Positions 13,651-27,736 of a DNA stretch of 64,000 nucleotides are shown piece after piece (position 1 is the stretch's first letter; each line of letters begins with the position of its first letter). Both the position numbers and the translations under genes were made by a program. Below the pieces are notes generated by a model. That model was not told the origin of the DNA, did no database searches, and saw nothing but the letters and a program-made list of their open reading frames with translations. The stretch is from Octopus sinensis (lineage: Eukaryota): the NCBI RefSeq assembly GCF_006345805.1, contig NC_042997.1, positions 186,001 through 250,000 on the forward strand. Reading direction: 5' to 3'.

Positions 13651-14382
13651 TGGCATATATACTCTACTGTTAACACTACATGGACACAAAATAGGTTGAG
13701 AACGCATGAAATAGTTAAACATAACTGATGTGGTATTGGCCAATTAAGCATCAAATATAGCATGCTTGCGACGTACTATTAAAACAAAGATAAACTTTCG
13801 TTTCTGTTTTGTACCCTTCCTAAATACATCCCTACCAGCAAGTCGTAAAGGAGAAATCTATGTAGATTCTCTAAATTCAATTCTCGTTTTCTGCTAAACA
13901 CATCTTAAGGAATCGTTCATCACCTTTCAAATTCAGAATACGATTGTGAGGAATTTTGAATATTGCGCTCAATTGTATTACTTAAATCTTTCTTCCGGGC
14001 TTCAACTACCACAGGATGTATATATCCTGAACGGAATACTTAACAACTAAGAATTGTATCTAGATACAATATTGCCTTTTATGCTTGTTTCAGATAGAAA
14101 GACTTAGCGTGACATAGCACAATCAATCTAGATGAGTCCAACAATTGATTATGATCAGAATGGCATTGTCATACCCAACTAAAGATGTGTCTCAAGATGA
14201 TTACAAGTTTCTTTCATGGTAACCATCGATGAAATTACAATGTTGAGAATATGATTATATTTCTTAATCAACATATAAACGATGCATATTCATCAGCTAC
14301 TCAAGAAGACTTCGGAAAGAATCAGTACAACTGGTATATACGGAGATACATTATTTTTCTGAAGCATTATATCAGTCTGTGT

Positions 14383-14630
14383 GGAGGCGCGAGGCTTAGT
14401 GGTTAGGGTGTCAGCACCATGATCGTAAGATTGTGGTTTCGATTTCTGGACCTGGCGACGCGTTGTGTTCTTGAGCAAAACACTTTATTTCACGTTGCTC
14501 CAGTCCACTCAGTCGGCAAAAATGAGCAACGCTGTGATGGACTGGCGTCCCGTCCAACTGGGGAACACATACGCCATATAAACCGAGAAGCCGGGCCCAT
14601 GACCCAGGCTAGGCTTTAAAAGGGCGCATT
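14383..14630 (+). mobile_element. tRNA-derived SINE family C (tail type 1)
   Basis: ggcttagtggttaggg A box and ggtttcgatt B box; shares central ttgtgt.cttgagcaa.acactttatttcacgttgctccagtccactcag with 38701. Confidence 0.85.
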
Positions 14631-14674
14631 TATTATTTTATTATGTCAGTCTGCGACCTGAATAAGCTTACCGG

Positions 14675-15460
14675 AGATACGATTACGAACTTTCAATGGC
14701 GACCAACTCGAATGGCCAACTATTTAGTTACTTTTGAAATCAGCAGTTCATGACGCTTCCGAATACGAGCTACCTAAAGTTCAGAAGTTCAGTTATTTGT
14801 ACGGTTTGATCAAAGGTGAAGCAAAAGAAACGATCGGTGGTTTGAATATAATGGCTAAAATCTTTGAGCTCGCAAGTGAACTTTTGAAAGAGCGCTACGG
14901 GTAAAATGCAACTATTAAACGCGAATTGCAAAGGCAGCTGAGAAGCATCTGATCGACCAATGAAAATCCCCAACCGCTCAGGAAAATAATTGCCAAAAAA
15001 AAAAGTCCTTGCAACACCTTTTTGGAAACAGAATTACAGAAAGGAAATGCCCAAGTAGTGAGGAAAATTTTAACACTGAGTTGCAGAAGTCTATGGAAGC
15101 TAGAAATTTTGTGGATCATGGACAAGCCGCAAATATCTGATGACTACTATTCGTTTCAATGAAATCACAGGTAGATTTTAAGTTCAATACCTCTGGAAAC
15201 CGCGCTACCCGAAATTACCTAATCGTGGATTGACTATCAATCTTTTGAAACAGCTTTCTCAACGACTGACATCAGACCAAAAACTATTCAAGGAATATGA
15301 CGAATTCTTTGAAAATCAAATTCGCGTGGGAAATATTGAAGAAGCCTCGAAAGAAGTAACCGAGAAGGTTCATTATTTAATACACCATCTTGTACTGAAG
15401 CAAACCAGTACACACAAGATTGTGAGATGTTTACGATGCAAGTGCAAAGGCTCTGAAAAG
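14675..15460 (+). mobile_element. BEL/Pao LTR retrotransposon remnant (gag DUF1759-like plus start of pol)
   Basis: LRTFNGDQLEW..., LPKVQKFSYLYGLIKGEAKETIGGL...LLKERYG; then KEYDEFFENQIRVGNIEE...VHYLIHHLV...VYDASAK. Confidence 0.85.
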
Positions 15461-15998
15461 TGAGGAAAATCATCAAAGTACCGAAGGAAGTGAAGAGAAA
15501 TCAGAACATCTAGCTGCCTTGGTAAACATTGAAGCTTTCTGTGAAGAGAACTATCTGGAAGAAAACCAATCTACTGAAGATATTATTAAAAGTGAACATA
15601 CTACAGACAACATGGATGAGAAAGAATCAGACACATCTAATGTAGCATTAACACATGTCTTCTTAAGCACCACCAATCCAGATGGGTATTCTTTGCTCTC
15701 TGATAAAACTTCTCTGGAAGACCTTGCCGAGGATTAACTGCTTTCAAGTGATACCAAGCCTTCAGATATGTTGGCAGATAGTACCTTTGATAAAGACCAA
15801 TTTGAAGAAGAACTACCTATCTCTTCAGACAAAGAAATCGTAGGAGTTAGGGGAGGCGTCGGTTGAAAAGTCTTGATCTAGATCGCATACTTCAGCAGGA
15901 TGTGGAAAGGAAACAGGAGGAAGAAGCCATAAGATTGGACAAAGTTAGAGAGTAGATAAATTTAGAGAAAATGAAATATTTTTAAAAATAAGTTTGTT

Positions 15999-16200
15999 GT
16001 CAGTTCATGTGCCATATCTGACAACCTTTCGTCGCTGAGAGTTTGTCGTAACGCGTGTTTTAACGAATTGGCGCCGCGTGTTTTTTGTAGCAGTTGGCGT
16101 CATCATGTTTGATAAGATTAGCAAATTTAAAAGAAAACACGGAACGCAATATTGTAAAAACGCCAAGATTGTTAACGACTCGTGAATTGAAGTTCGGATG
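15999..16200 (+). mobile_element. Partial copy of the MITE at 17104-17320 (left TIR only)
   Basis: Starts gtcagttcatgtgccatatct and is co-linear with 17104-17297. Confidence 0.85.
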
Positions 16201-17103
16201 GTGAGGTGAGAACAAGAAATTGAAAAGTGAAAACATATAAAACGAAAACGGAGTCGCAAAGAGAGAAAACATCCAAAGAAGAGCCGCAGCCGGTATATAA
16301 GTTTGTGTGTGAATAAGTGTTCTTTTCAATTGTCCTTGTGTGGTATCAATCGGTCAGTTTCCTAAGAACATATTGAAAGACTTATTGAACTCTTCAAAAA
16401 GGCCTTTAAACGATCGATTTGACGTCAATTACTCAAACATGACATTAACCGCTACAAGAAACATTCGGCGCCAATTCGTAAAAATACGCGTCACGACGGT
16501 ATCTTATACAACACAATTTCACAAGCATCATAACGCTGTACTTCAGCTAAACCAGTATATAAACCTAGAAACATTTTACTTGCTGCATTGAAAGCAAAGT
16601 AGAAATGAACTGATAAATCTTGATAATATAAAATCCATGAATCAGCTATCTTGAGCTGAGAATATCGACATAATGAAGAATCCCAGTGGAAATGTTCTGT
16701 TTCCGAGCTGATTACTCCATGGCTTTATAATTGCACTTAAAGGAAAGCTAGTATCTTCTGCTCATTGCAGAAAACCTATTTTCTGAAAATGAATGAAAGC
16801 AATTGTTTCATTAAATTGGATCTACAATAGGGTTACTTCAAAGTTGCAGTCGCTTGAGAGATAGTAATAACAAATTAAAATCAATATACAACTTCTGCCC
16901 TAAGGCAGTTGAAACACCTACACATTTTGAAACAGATTAGGATTACACCGCTGACCGTCTTTTCAGGTTCAGAAGCATACCTTGACGTTAAAATCATGAT
17001 TATTCTAAGACATTGAGACCTCTGACTTAAGTGACATATATTCTAACAGTCAAAAATGAGTTCGAGTTTAAAGATTACAACGATGGCTTTAAAGATGAAT
17101 CAT

Positions 17104-17320
17104 GTCAGTTCATGTGCCACATCTGACAACCTTTCTTCGCTGAGAGTTTGTCGAGACGTGTATTTTAACGAATTGGCGCCGCGTGTTTTTTGTAGCAGTA
17201 GACATCATCATGTTTGATAAGCAAATTTAACAGAAAAGACGGAACGAAATATTGTAAAAATGCCAAGATTGTTAACGACTCGTGAGTCGAAGTTCCGATA
17301 GATGTGGCACATGAACTGAC
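17104..17320. mobile_element. MITE, 217 bp, perfect 21-bp TIRs
   Basis: GTCAGTTCATGTGCCACATCT at 17104-17124 and its exact reverse complement at 17300-17320. Confidence 0.9.
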
Positions 17321-17555
17321 CTGTCTTTTGCATGCTTTTAGCAAAGTTATATTTCTTACAAGAAATTGGACTAAGTATCTCCTTTGTAAAACAATACGAT
17401 CTTGTGACACTGTATTCTCTTGAGGCACAGGCACAAAAGTTTTCTCAACAGATCCTGTTAAGATACTTCAAAAATGTAGTCCAGGAATTAACGTTTACGG
17501 AAGCTGCCTTAGCTGTCGCATAATCTTGGGCCCTTTTCTTTCTACAGCTACTTAC

Positions 17556-17676
17556 TGGTGTTTCAGAGGGTGCAAATCTTCCAGAACCCTACGCAGGACT
17601 ACGAATATATCAATGGACAACATATAAGTATCAAACTTGTTTTTAGTAACAACTCTTGGTTCCATCTTCCAAGTAA
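17556..17676 (-). CDS. Candidate 121-nt coding exon, unknown protein (TWKMEPRVVTKNKFDTYMLSIDIFVVLRRVLEDLHPLKH)
   Basis: Acceptor ttgtttgcattaag, donor CA|gtaagt, open frame; no recognisable homology. Confidence 0.22.
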
Positions 17677-17868
17677 CTTAATGCAAACAAACAAAAACAA
17701 ACAACAATAACTCGAAACTTATTGAAATGCTCAGCCTACTGATAAACAATCCCTTCTTTTGTCGAACTTTCGTTTATTCCGGTCCAATGTGGACACAAAT
17801 CATCACCTTCTACAAACACGTATGCATACATTCTGTTTATCTCCAAGATAAAATAATCTTATATGTTA

Positions 17869-18058
17869 CACTAGCAGAGGCACCCGCCGTTATTGGAAGA
17901 AGAAGCAAAATATGCTGTATAGAAATTTGCTATTCTAAATTTAATTTATTCTTCAATTGGGATACAATTTATTCTTTAATTGAGAAATCGATTCTGAATT
18001 CATAATATAAAATAATAGTAATAGTAATAATAATAATAACAACAACAACAACAACAAC

Positions 18059-18118
<60 letters not shown>

Positions 18119-18570
18119 TAAGAAAAATACAAAATTTATCGCTTTTATGAAAGGAGATAAATTCTAGTACAGATAAATTCTACAAAAGAAACAACCTAAG
18201 AGCTTCTGAGTAGACAACATACTTTGTTTTCTGGTTTGGAGCATAGACAAATAAGTCTTACAAACCACCAACCCTGGAGCAACCATGAGAAAAGCAAGCC
18301 AGTAGATTTCAAAGACTGGCCATGAGCTTTATCAATAGTCATTGCAAAGCAAAGTCGCACTGGGAATTGTACTTCAAATGGCATGTCTGTTGCCTTTATT
18401 GGAATTCTTGGAATGAAAACCTCTGCGCCAGAGGCACATCCAGTGATTATAGTAGCTTCTGTCACATTAGGTGATAATGTCTTCACAATCAACCTCGCCC
18501 CATTGCATTATTTAGGAGGATCTAAATTTTTAGAAGCATTCTTGGCACTCACATTTCTCTCTGAATTTTT
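17869..18570 (-). mobile_element. Helitron 3' remnant (PIF1-like helicase C-terminus and CTAG end), containing an (AAT)n tract
   Basis: NLDPPK*CNGARLIVKTLSPNVTEATIITG...VFIPRIP...QFPVRLCFAMTIDKAHGQSL; minus-strand end ggcgggtgcctctgCTAG|t. Confidence 0.85.
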
Positions 18571-19303
18571 TTTTTAGTTCTAGATGAGCACTGGCAGAAA
18601 GAAACTTAAAGTAAAAGCATTTCAATTGTGATAATCGGATTTATATTTGTCAATATTATTCAATGTTTGTAATCCTTATTAAGAAAGTGGCACCTGCATT
18701 AAAGATAAGTCAGCTGCTATCTCTAATATACCATCATCTCAAATATCTGATATGATTTCTATCGTCATACAACCTACAAGACCCTCCCACACCGCCTACA
18801 ACAATGTTGCTGATCTTTCTGATGATTCCTCGCAAAAAAGAATCTTCAACTTGGAAGGCACTTGTCCACCGCACATCATACACGATGGCTTCATAAGAAT
18901 TGCTCTCACGTAGAATACCCTCACAGGTACTATTCGGTTCATATCCACGTAAATCACATCCAAATAAACCATCTTATTCAGTCTAGTTCACCACTACGTG
19001 CATATATGTGTCACATGATGATGTTCCTCTAGACTCTTCAGAGCACTTAAGACTCTGTCACATGCTTTATTACTTTGCTCTCTAACAACGTACGTGACTG
19101 CTAGAACCTATCCTTACCAAACTCGCCGTTAGTCTGGTTGGCTTAAATTATAAACAGAACCTTCGGTTCTTAATTGATTCATTAGTCCAGGATGTTATTG
19201 ACTAACGAGAGATACACATGTATCAAGAAATCCTGGTATCAAAAAATCCTTTGTGCAAGTGAAGTGAGTCTGTTATGAACACACATACGCCATAAGGAGA
19301 AGA

Positions 19304-19335
<32 letters not shown>

Positions 19336-20166
19336 TCATGCAAAATAGGTATAGTTTTTTTCATTCGTAAAAGACAGTAAAAAATCTGAAAATCGACTAT
19401 AATAATGTAGCCTTCCAGTCTCATTGCTTTGAAGGTATGATGCTGTGGAGAAAAAATTTACGGAGGTTTAAAAATCGGAAAAACTGTATATTTTTAGCCA
19501 ATAGCGAGACAGCAATTTTCTGCGTTTTGTAGAGCGGTGTCAACTTTAAGACTGTACTCTGAGAAATTTATAGTTTAGCATCTGAAATTTAGAGTTTAGA
19601 CCTGTTCATTGTAGATTTCTAGATAAACAGAAATACCTAATAAAGTCAACATGTATCGTCTTAATGTTTCTTTTGTCTCTTCATTGATTGTATGGTTTTA
19701 TTATTTCTGTAAATTTGTAATATCAATATATTTGTCTGCATGTGTTTACTCTATGCTTGTTTCAGTATTATGATAACCTGTCATGTATTTGTGTATATCA
19801 TTAATATATAAGTGCATGTGTGTGCGTGTGTGCGTGAAGGAGAGGCGTCTGTCTCAAAGACTTCAAAGTTGAGTTAAAATTTCATGCTTGGATTTGTAAA
19901 CTACGGTAAGAATAACACTTGTTAACAAAGAATTTGTCCGAAGAAAAAGAATACCTGTATCTTATATGTTTTTCGAAATGTTCTTAATTAGCAACGCGCC
20001 TTATATTATTAATGCTGAATTATTGATTATATTTACATCAATTAATGTTGGGTGGGGGGGAAATCCCCTTAATTGGCAATAAAAATACTTTAAAACAATG
20101 AAGGTAATAAGAAATGTCTTAAGAACCCAAATGTTGAAAAAGTGAATATCATGTTGGAAGAAACAT

Positions 20167-20216
<50 letters not shown>

Positions 20217-21143
20217 TTATATCCTAACTTAATTTCTCGGTGGTGGGTGGGAAAAACGCACGATTAAGAAAGCTATATTTTAACAATTTACACATATTTT
20301 TTTTACCATGGACAATATATATATATATATCAAGATACTGATAGGGCACAGAAAGTGTGTCTATAGCCAGCTGGAGGAGGTGTCCTCCTGGGGCTACAAA
20401 CTAAAGTACCATCCACCCCTAGGGGTTAGCCATATTTAAATGGCAAACATACGTGACAATATATATATTTATATATTGTTTATATATACACCACATGTAC
20501 TTTGGACGTTGGGTTTTGTGGACGTTTTCTTCCTTAGAAGTTTCGTTGTCGTGACAATTAACGTTAAACAATTGAAAAGAAACGTGGAAAAATCGCGATG
20601 GCGTGTTAGTTCTTTCTCATTTAAGAAATGCATGATTGCCACACATTTCCACCTCAGCCATGTCTTCATACAGGCACACCGTGTAAGTTTATGCTCGATA
20701 TTACCGGCGTGGATAACCAGTCAAGTCGTGGGTCACCCTGGTATTTAATATATATAACTATACAATTATAGGCGGTTTTACGTTATCCACCAGGGTGCCA
20801 CAAAGCTTATTGAATATAAGAATGCTGTTTTTCTTGAAATGTATATTAAACAACACGCAGACGTCTGTACTTCATGCAAGTTTGTGCTCGGTATAAATAG
20901 GCGTAGATAGCCAACCAAGTCGGGGGTCAACTTAGTATTTAAAATACTAACACGAAGAAAAAAAGCACCGAAAACTATTAACATACAGAAAGAAGCACAG
21001 AAAAATATGTAATATACTAATATACACAAAAATTAAAACAATACACACGGGTGAAAAGAATCTCGTGTTTTGAACAATTAAGTGAGAAAAATCAACATAG
21101 ACAATCCCGGCACAGACAACAGTGAACCACAACGCAGCGTGTG

Positions 21144-21157
21144 GTTGTCATGGTAAC
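21144..21157. promoter_or_regulatory. RFX X-box-like palindrome GTTGTCATGGTAAC
   Basis: Exact match to the GTHNYYATRRNAAC consensus, in a microsatellite-poor unique stretch. Confidence 0.3.
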
Positions 21158-21914
21158 AAGCTGCTAATGCCACGATGTCTTTTTGTTGGCTAAAATTACC
21201 CAAATTTCCTAACTTTAATGCTAAATAATATCAGATTCTTTAATTTACGAAATAAAGGAACTGGTTGATCGTAACCAGAGTTGCATCGATACACCAAAAT
21301 TGAAAGCGATCTGAGCAAAATTAAGGTGGGGGTGGGGGTGGTTATTTTGCAAATAAGAAAGACTAGATCCTAAAATAGGCAGAAATAATGAGTTATACAC
21401 AATTAGAACTGTTTCAGATGTAGAACTGTTTAAGATAATCGTTTGGGTGGTTTCATGGCTCGATCGATAGTTCAAATGAAAATATAGAACCGCAACCCTA
21501 CAATATCGTCTTCAAAACCGCAAAAAAAAATCAACTGCCAAAGAAAAAGGAACAAAGGACTTTGGTCAATATGGCATTATTATAGAACTAAGTCATCTAT
21601 TTTAAGTCATCAACCTTAAGCCATCGTTGTCGCGTCGTGCAGGGTTTAGAGTATCATGTGTAAAGAAATCTGATATCCTATTACATTGCTATGGACAGTG
21701 ACAGACTTGGTGATCATTACTATAATTTTGAATAAGAAAAATAAAAAAATATCGAGGGTAAGTGGTTATAAATATACAAAGCAATTGACATATATACAAC
21801 GCAATTGGCAGCTAGCAATTTATTTAAAACGAAAGTAATAAAATCTATTTGCTACGAATTAAGATAAACTTAAACAGTTTACAGTAGAGCTTAAAACTAG
21901 TAATCAAGGACCAT

Positions 21915-23620
21915 AAATAATCCTCGACACAGTCGACCATAATATCCTACTGACAAAACTGTCAAATGTTAGAATCCGTGGAAAACTACTACTCTGGATT
22001 GAGTATTTCCTGGAGAAGAGAGCACATGTTGTGATCGGTGAAATCCACTCGACCCCAGTAAAAATCACCAGTGGTGTCCCTCAGAGGATTGTCTTGGGCC
22101 CAGGTTCTCTTTATAATCAATATAATAAACGACCGCTCCAGCGTCATAAAACACAGCGAAGTGAAAAATATTCGCTGATGAATCAAAGCTCTAGAAAATT
22201 ATCAATGAAGAAGACAAACTGAACTCCAGTCTGATGCTGTGAGTAAATTTGACAGATCAAAATGCAAATAAAGGAATGAAATTTTAAGATGATGTATTGT
22301 GGAAGAAGGGCTATGCTAAGACAGCTATACTCTCTTCCTTCAGGGGAACCAATCACAGCATCTAATAATATCAGAGACATAGGAGTAATTTTTGACAACA
22401 ATCTCAGTTGGAGTGCCCACATCAACAATAAGGTTGACATAATATGTAAGAGGAGCTCTTGGATCCTAAGAACCTTCCGTTTCAGAGCACAAGTTGTCAT
22501 CATACATCCTTTCTCCTCCTTTGTACGGCCACATCTCCCCATACAAAACAAAACATTTCGTAAATTGAATCACCCCAAAGATCATTCACTAAAAGCATTA
22601 AGAGTATGACTGATCTCGATTACTGGGACCGCCTTAAAGCATTGTTTTGATATTACTCTGCTGAAAATATTTCCCAGTATATCTGACTCTTGTGCATATT
22701 ACATACAAATATATCAATTATATAGAGATTTAGAATACTGAAATAATACAACACTGACATAAGCAGACGTGCTTGAGAGGACAACTTGGATTTTAACGTG
22801 ATCTACATTCTATACATACATAAGTATAATTGCGTATCTATTATATAAAATCCGTTCTGTCTGTTTGTGTGTGTGTCGTCTAAGATATCAGGCATCCTCC
22901 ATCCAACTGCGCTCAAATTTGATATGTAGATACCGACGGTATCAGGCCGTGTATTATAAGTTGTGAAATAATTACAAAAATCGATTCCAGGTGGGAATGC
23001 GATCGATAAAGCCGCGGGAACGTACATTTGTATAATCGTTTTTCTTGGAATAGAAAAAAAAATCTATCTTTATTTCTTCTTTTGCTGGCGTCTCAAATTT
23101 AGGTTAAATCAGTATTTCTCAAAGCAGAGGCCTATGGGACGGTCGGACAAGTTGTTTTGAGAAATTTTGGTTTAAATGTTTGACAACTCAGCACCGTCCA
23201 TTGGACAGGGGGCGTTTTGCTCGTGTATGTATATAGATGCTCTGTTTATTTCTTAAACAAATGGTATTGCTTAACAAACATGTTAACTTAACTTAATGCA
23301 ATGGCATTTCTATTCATGTAAAATTGAAACTCTATTCTCTCCAGGTGAGCGATACATCATTTGTACGGTGTGCAAAATATACTACCAGCATTGCGAAAGA
23401 GGGAAAGAATATCATCAACTTTAAACAGAATTTGGACACATTTCTTCAAGGAATACCAGATAAACCATCTATAACTCACTTACCAAAGAATCCCCTACTT
23501 GAATTGACCATGATACCACAAAACTTGACATAAAAAGGATTTAACTAATCCTATCAAGTGGTGCTATTAAGTTAGACATGGCCTGGACTAATCGTTGTGG
23601 AAACATAGCCATAGCTAATT
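21915..23620 (+). mobile_element. CR1/L2-like LINE 3' part (RT), interrupted by nested insertions
   Basis: DTVDHNILLTKL...ITSGVPQRIVLGP...IFADESKL...IRDIGVIFDNNLSWSAHIN; YWDRLKAL (about 22640) resumes as KLYSLQ (about 23325). Confidence 0.88.
22837..23223 (+). mobile_element. Non-autonomous Helitron-like element
   Basis: A|TCTATTATATAAAA 5' end; 3' gtcc-att-ggac hairpin then ggcgttttgCTCG|T (CTAG-like); A/T target with no TSD. Confidence 0.65.
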
Positions 23621-23639
23621 TATCTAAGTAATCTAAGTA

Positions 23640-24040
<401 letters not shown>

Positions 24041-24448
24041 ATCGACACAGGACGTCACAGAACGTAAAGAGCATGAGATACGGAATACGAAAACATGGAA
24101 TACGAGCATTTTTTTGCGACTACGAAAGAAAAGAAACAAAGGGAAAATAAGACAAGCAACATAAAGAACGACCCTTCATCAAATGTCGGCTGTTTTTCTA
24201 CTCCGTATTTCTAGCAATTCACGACAAATTTAGGATTTTGCGGATGGTCAAATTTAGTAAAGAAAAACAGGACAGTGAAAACAAATAGGAAGGACTGCTA
24301 AGCCTCAATGAGGCGAAGTGGTGAACGCTGAAGGAACAAGCTCTGACAAGAGACAGACAGAGAACGGCGAAATGGAGAGGAAAAAATTAGAGAAAGGATG
24401 AGAGACACAAAACACGAAAGGGGGAGAAGGGGATATATATATTCTTTT

Positions 24449-24802
24449 AGGCGAACGCGTGGCTGTGTGGTAAGGAGTTTGCTTCGCTACCACATGGCGC
24501 GGAGTTCAGTCCTATTGAGTTGCAACTTGGGCAAATATCTTCCACTATAGCCTCGGGCAGACTAAATACTTGTGAGTGGATTTGGTAGACGGAAACTGAA
24601 AGAAGTATGTCGTATATCCGTGTGTGTGTGTTCTTGTCTGTGTTTGTTCCCATCACCACTTGAGAACCGTTCAGCAAAACTGAGTGATAGAATGAGTACT
24701 ATGCTTTAAAAAATAAGTACTGGTGTCGATACATTTGACAAAAGAATTCTTCAAGACGGTGCCCAAGCATAGCCGCAGTCTAATGATTGAAACAAGTAAA
24801 AG
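24449..24802 (+). mobile_element. SINE family A
   Basis: Head aggcgaacgcgtggctgtgtggtaag; tail gcagtctaatgattgaaacaagtaaaag. Confidence 0.85.
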
Positions 24803-25829
24803 TTATATATCAAAAATGGCGATTGGAAAATTTTTGGTTGTAATTTCCAACTTCCTGTTTTGGTATTACTCTGCTGAATATATTTTCCAGTATAACCAAC
24901 TCTTATGCATACCCCATATATACTATACATATACCTATACATATATAAGTATGTTTGCATATGTATGTATGTAGATGCTCTGTTTATTTCTTAAGCAAAT
25001 AGCATTGCTGAACAAGCATGCAATAACATTTCTATTCATGTATATTTCCTATAACTTAACACTAATTTATCCTACTTTCTCGCACCACATTCAGAAAGCA
25101 AGTTAGTGTGTTACAGACTTTAAACTAAAAGTGTACTTTACGTCATACTAAATCGTTAAATATTAACGCGTTTGCATTTTTTTTATCGTCTGTGTTCTGA
25201 TATGGAAAATATGAAATAGGTTATGATGGATTTAAGCAAGTAGATTGTTCTGTAAATCGGTTGAAGGTAGTCGTTCTGAATACGCTTTTAAATCATTAAA
25301 CATGTCTTCCTGTTGCTACCTGAACCAGGAGAAAGAATAATTTTCGAAACTAATCATTCAATTACATAGAAACTAGTTATATGAGACCATGCATTTTCAA
25401 GCAAAAACTATAAAATATTATAGATATATTCCTATCTTATTCTTTCCGTCATTTGAAACGTTCACTAAATGGCTGAAAGCTTGTTTTACAATATTACAGA
25501 AAAGAAACCAATATACACTTATCTTGTAAAGTAATCATTACAAGAGAGAAAAAAAAATCGCTTTGAAAGTTATTATTTTTGAATCAGGAAACGTGACGTG
25601 TAAGAAACTTGCAGCTGGCCATGCAATAAGAATTTGAGTTAGAGAGCAGGTGATGGTAGAGTTGCTTAAAGACAGAAAACAGTGATTAAATATAACTGGT
25701 TCATCTCGTTAGTTTATATCTTCTCAAAACATTTTTCAGCATCTCGCTTGAAAAACTAAGAATAAACAATAATAGATTAAACAAGAATATTTCTGAATAG
25801 ATATATTTCTAATGAAGATATCAAGTAAA

Positions 25830-25958
25830 ATATGCATACACACATGTCTACATATTTACACACATATACATAAACACATCCACCCATCCACATAGATATA
25901 CATATATGCGTATACATGTATATATATATATATGTATATATATGCATATACATGTATG

Positions 25959-26028
<70 letters not shown>

Positions 26029-26310
26029 TACATATATATATGCATACACATAAAACACAATACACACACACACACGCATATATGTATATATACATATATA
26101 CATATATATATATACACACATAAATAAACATATGCATATATACATATATGTGTGTGCTTACATACATATATGTGTGTGTTTATATGTATAGATGCTCGTA
26201 TATATAAGTATGCTCACACATATATGTGTATACAGTTATACAACATATATATGCAGTTATATACATATATGTATGCGTGTATGTGTGTGTGTGTGTGTGT
26301 ATGTGTGTAT
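25830..26310. repeat. Compound (TA)/(CA)/(TG) microsatellite field
   Basis: Directly visible. Confidence 0.95.
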
Positions 26311-26743
26311 CTTCTTGCAAGATAAGTCACTCTTTTTAATTGTATGCTTCGTGTTTCTTTGTACGTTATTTTTAAACTTTTCATTTTATTTCTCCTAATG
26401 GAATTCATCCGTGTTTTTATATTTCTTCTTGTCGATTTTAGTTAAAATGGAAAACAAAACTAAGATTTTAAAAGAAAGCAATACGCAGATAAAAATAATA
26501 TATACTACGAAAATCATTTCTTTCCATCTCGAAAATCTGTCAAGATAATTTTTTTTTAATTTTTGAAACATCTATTTGAAGGAAAGAAAAATAGAACAAT
26601 GATTACAAAATATTATTACAATATATCCACCGTTGGGTGCGTTTGTATAATTATACATATACTCAAATACATTCATATGCTGGTATATACACATGCATTC
26701 CCTAAGTCCCTATATAAGTATGAACGCTTGTATATGCGCATAC

Positions 26744-26804
<61 letters not shown>

Positions 26805-26931
26805 CAATAACACGACTATACATATATGCATACGTATACATATGTGCATATATATAATATATAAGTGTATATATATGAATACATTGCATATGTATATATC
26901 AGTATATACATATATATATATATATATGTAT

Positions 26932-26965
<34 letters not shown>

Positions 26966-26975
26966 TATATTATAT

Positions 26976-27008
<33 letters not shown>

Positions 27009-27366
27009 GTGTGTGTATACATATATACATACATATGTGTACATAGATAAATTCACACATATATAGATACATAGATTCATATAACCAATACGATACGAAT
27101 TAACTTCTTGTGTAGGCAGATAATGATATTGCTGTTTCCGTCTTTAGGACCCGCTTATCTCCAGATGGTATAGAAAAATATTCTAAAATACCATGTTGAG
27201 ATAAGCAGTTCGTGAAGACCGAACTAACGTGATAAGTTGACTCAATTTTGCTTTACAAATACAAATACATTACCCTACATCACTATATCGAGTGCTGTAT
27301 GTATTGTTAAAACTATTTTTTGTTATTATTCAAGTCTGAAACGGTATATCGGTATATTCAGAACAA

Positions 27367-27485
<119 letters not shown>

Positions 27486-27736
27486 TTAGGTATGTATGTT
27501 TCTATCTGCGCGTGAAAGTCCGTGGGATGACAAGTATGAGATCGTGGGTTCGATCCTTCACCGGTTGGCCGTCGTGTTCTTGAGTAATCTACTTCAGTTT
27601 AAGTTCCTCGAGTATACTCAGCTAAAATGAATACCAACTCACTCTAGCTCCATCATCTGCAGCAGTAGAAATGTCAATTGTATTTTAACCTTGTCGAGGA
27701 TTGGTGTTCTTTCTACATGTAGGGGGCTTATTCTTT

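Noticed and set aside
25210-25345. Strong minus-strand acceptor (ttattctttctcctggttcag)
   Set aside because: All frames stop within about 30 codons and there is no donor.
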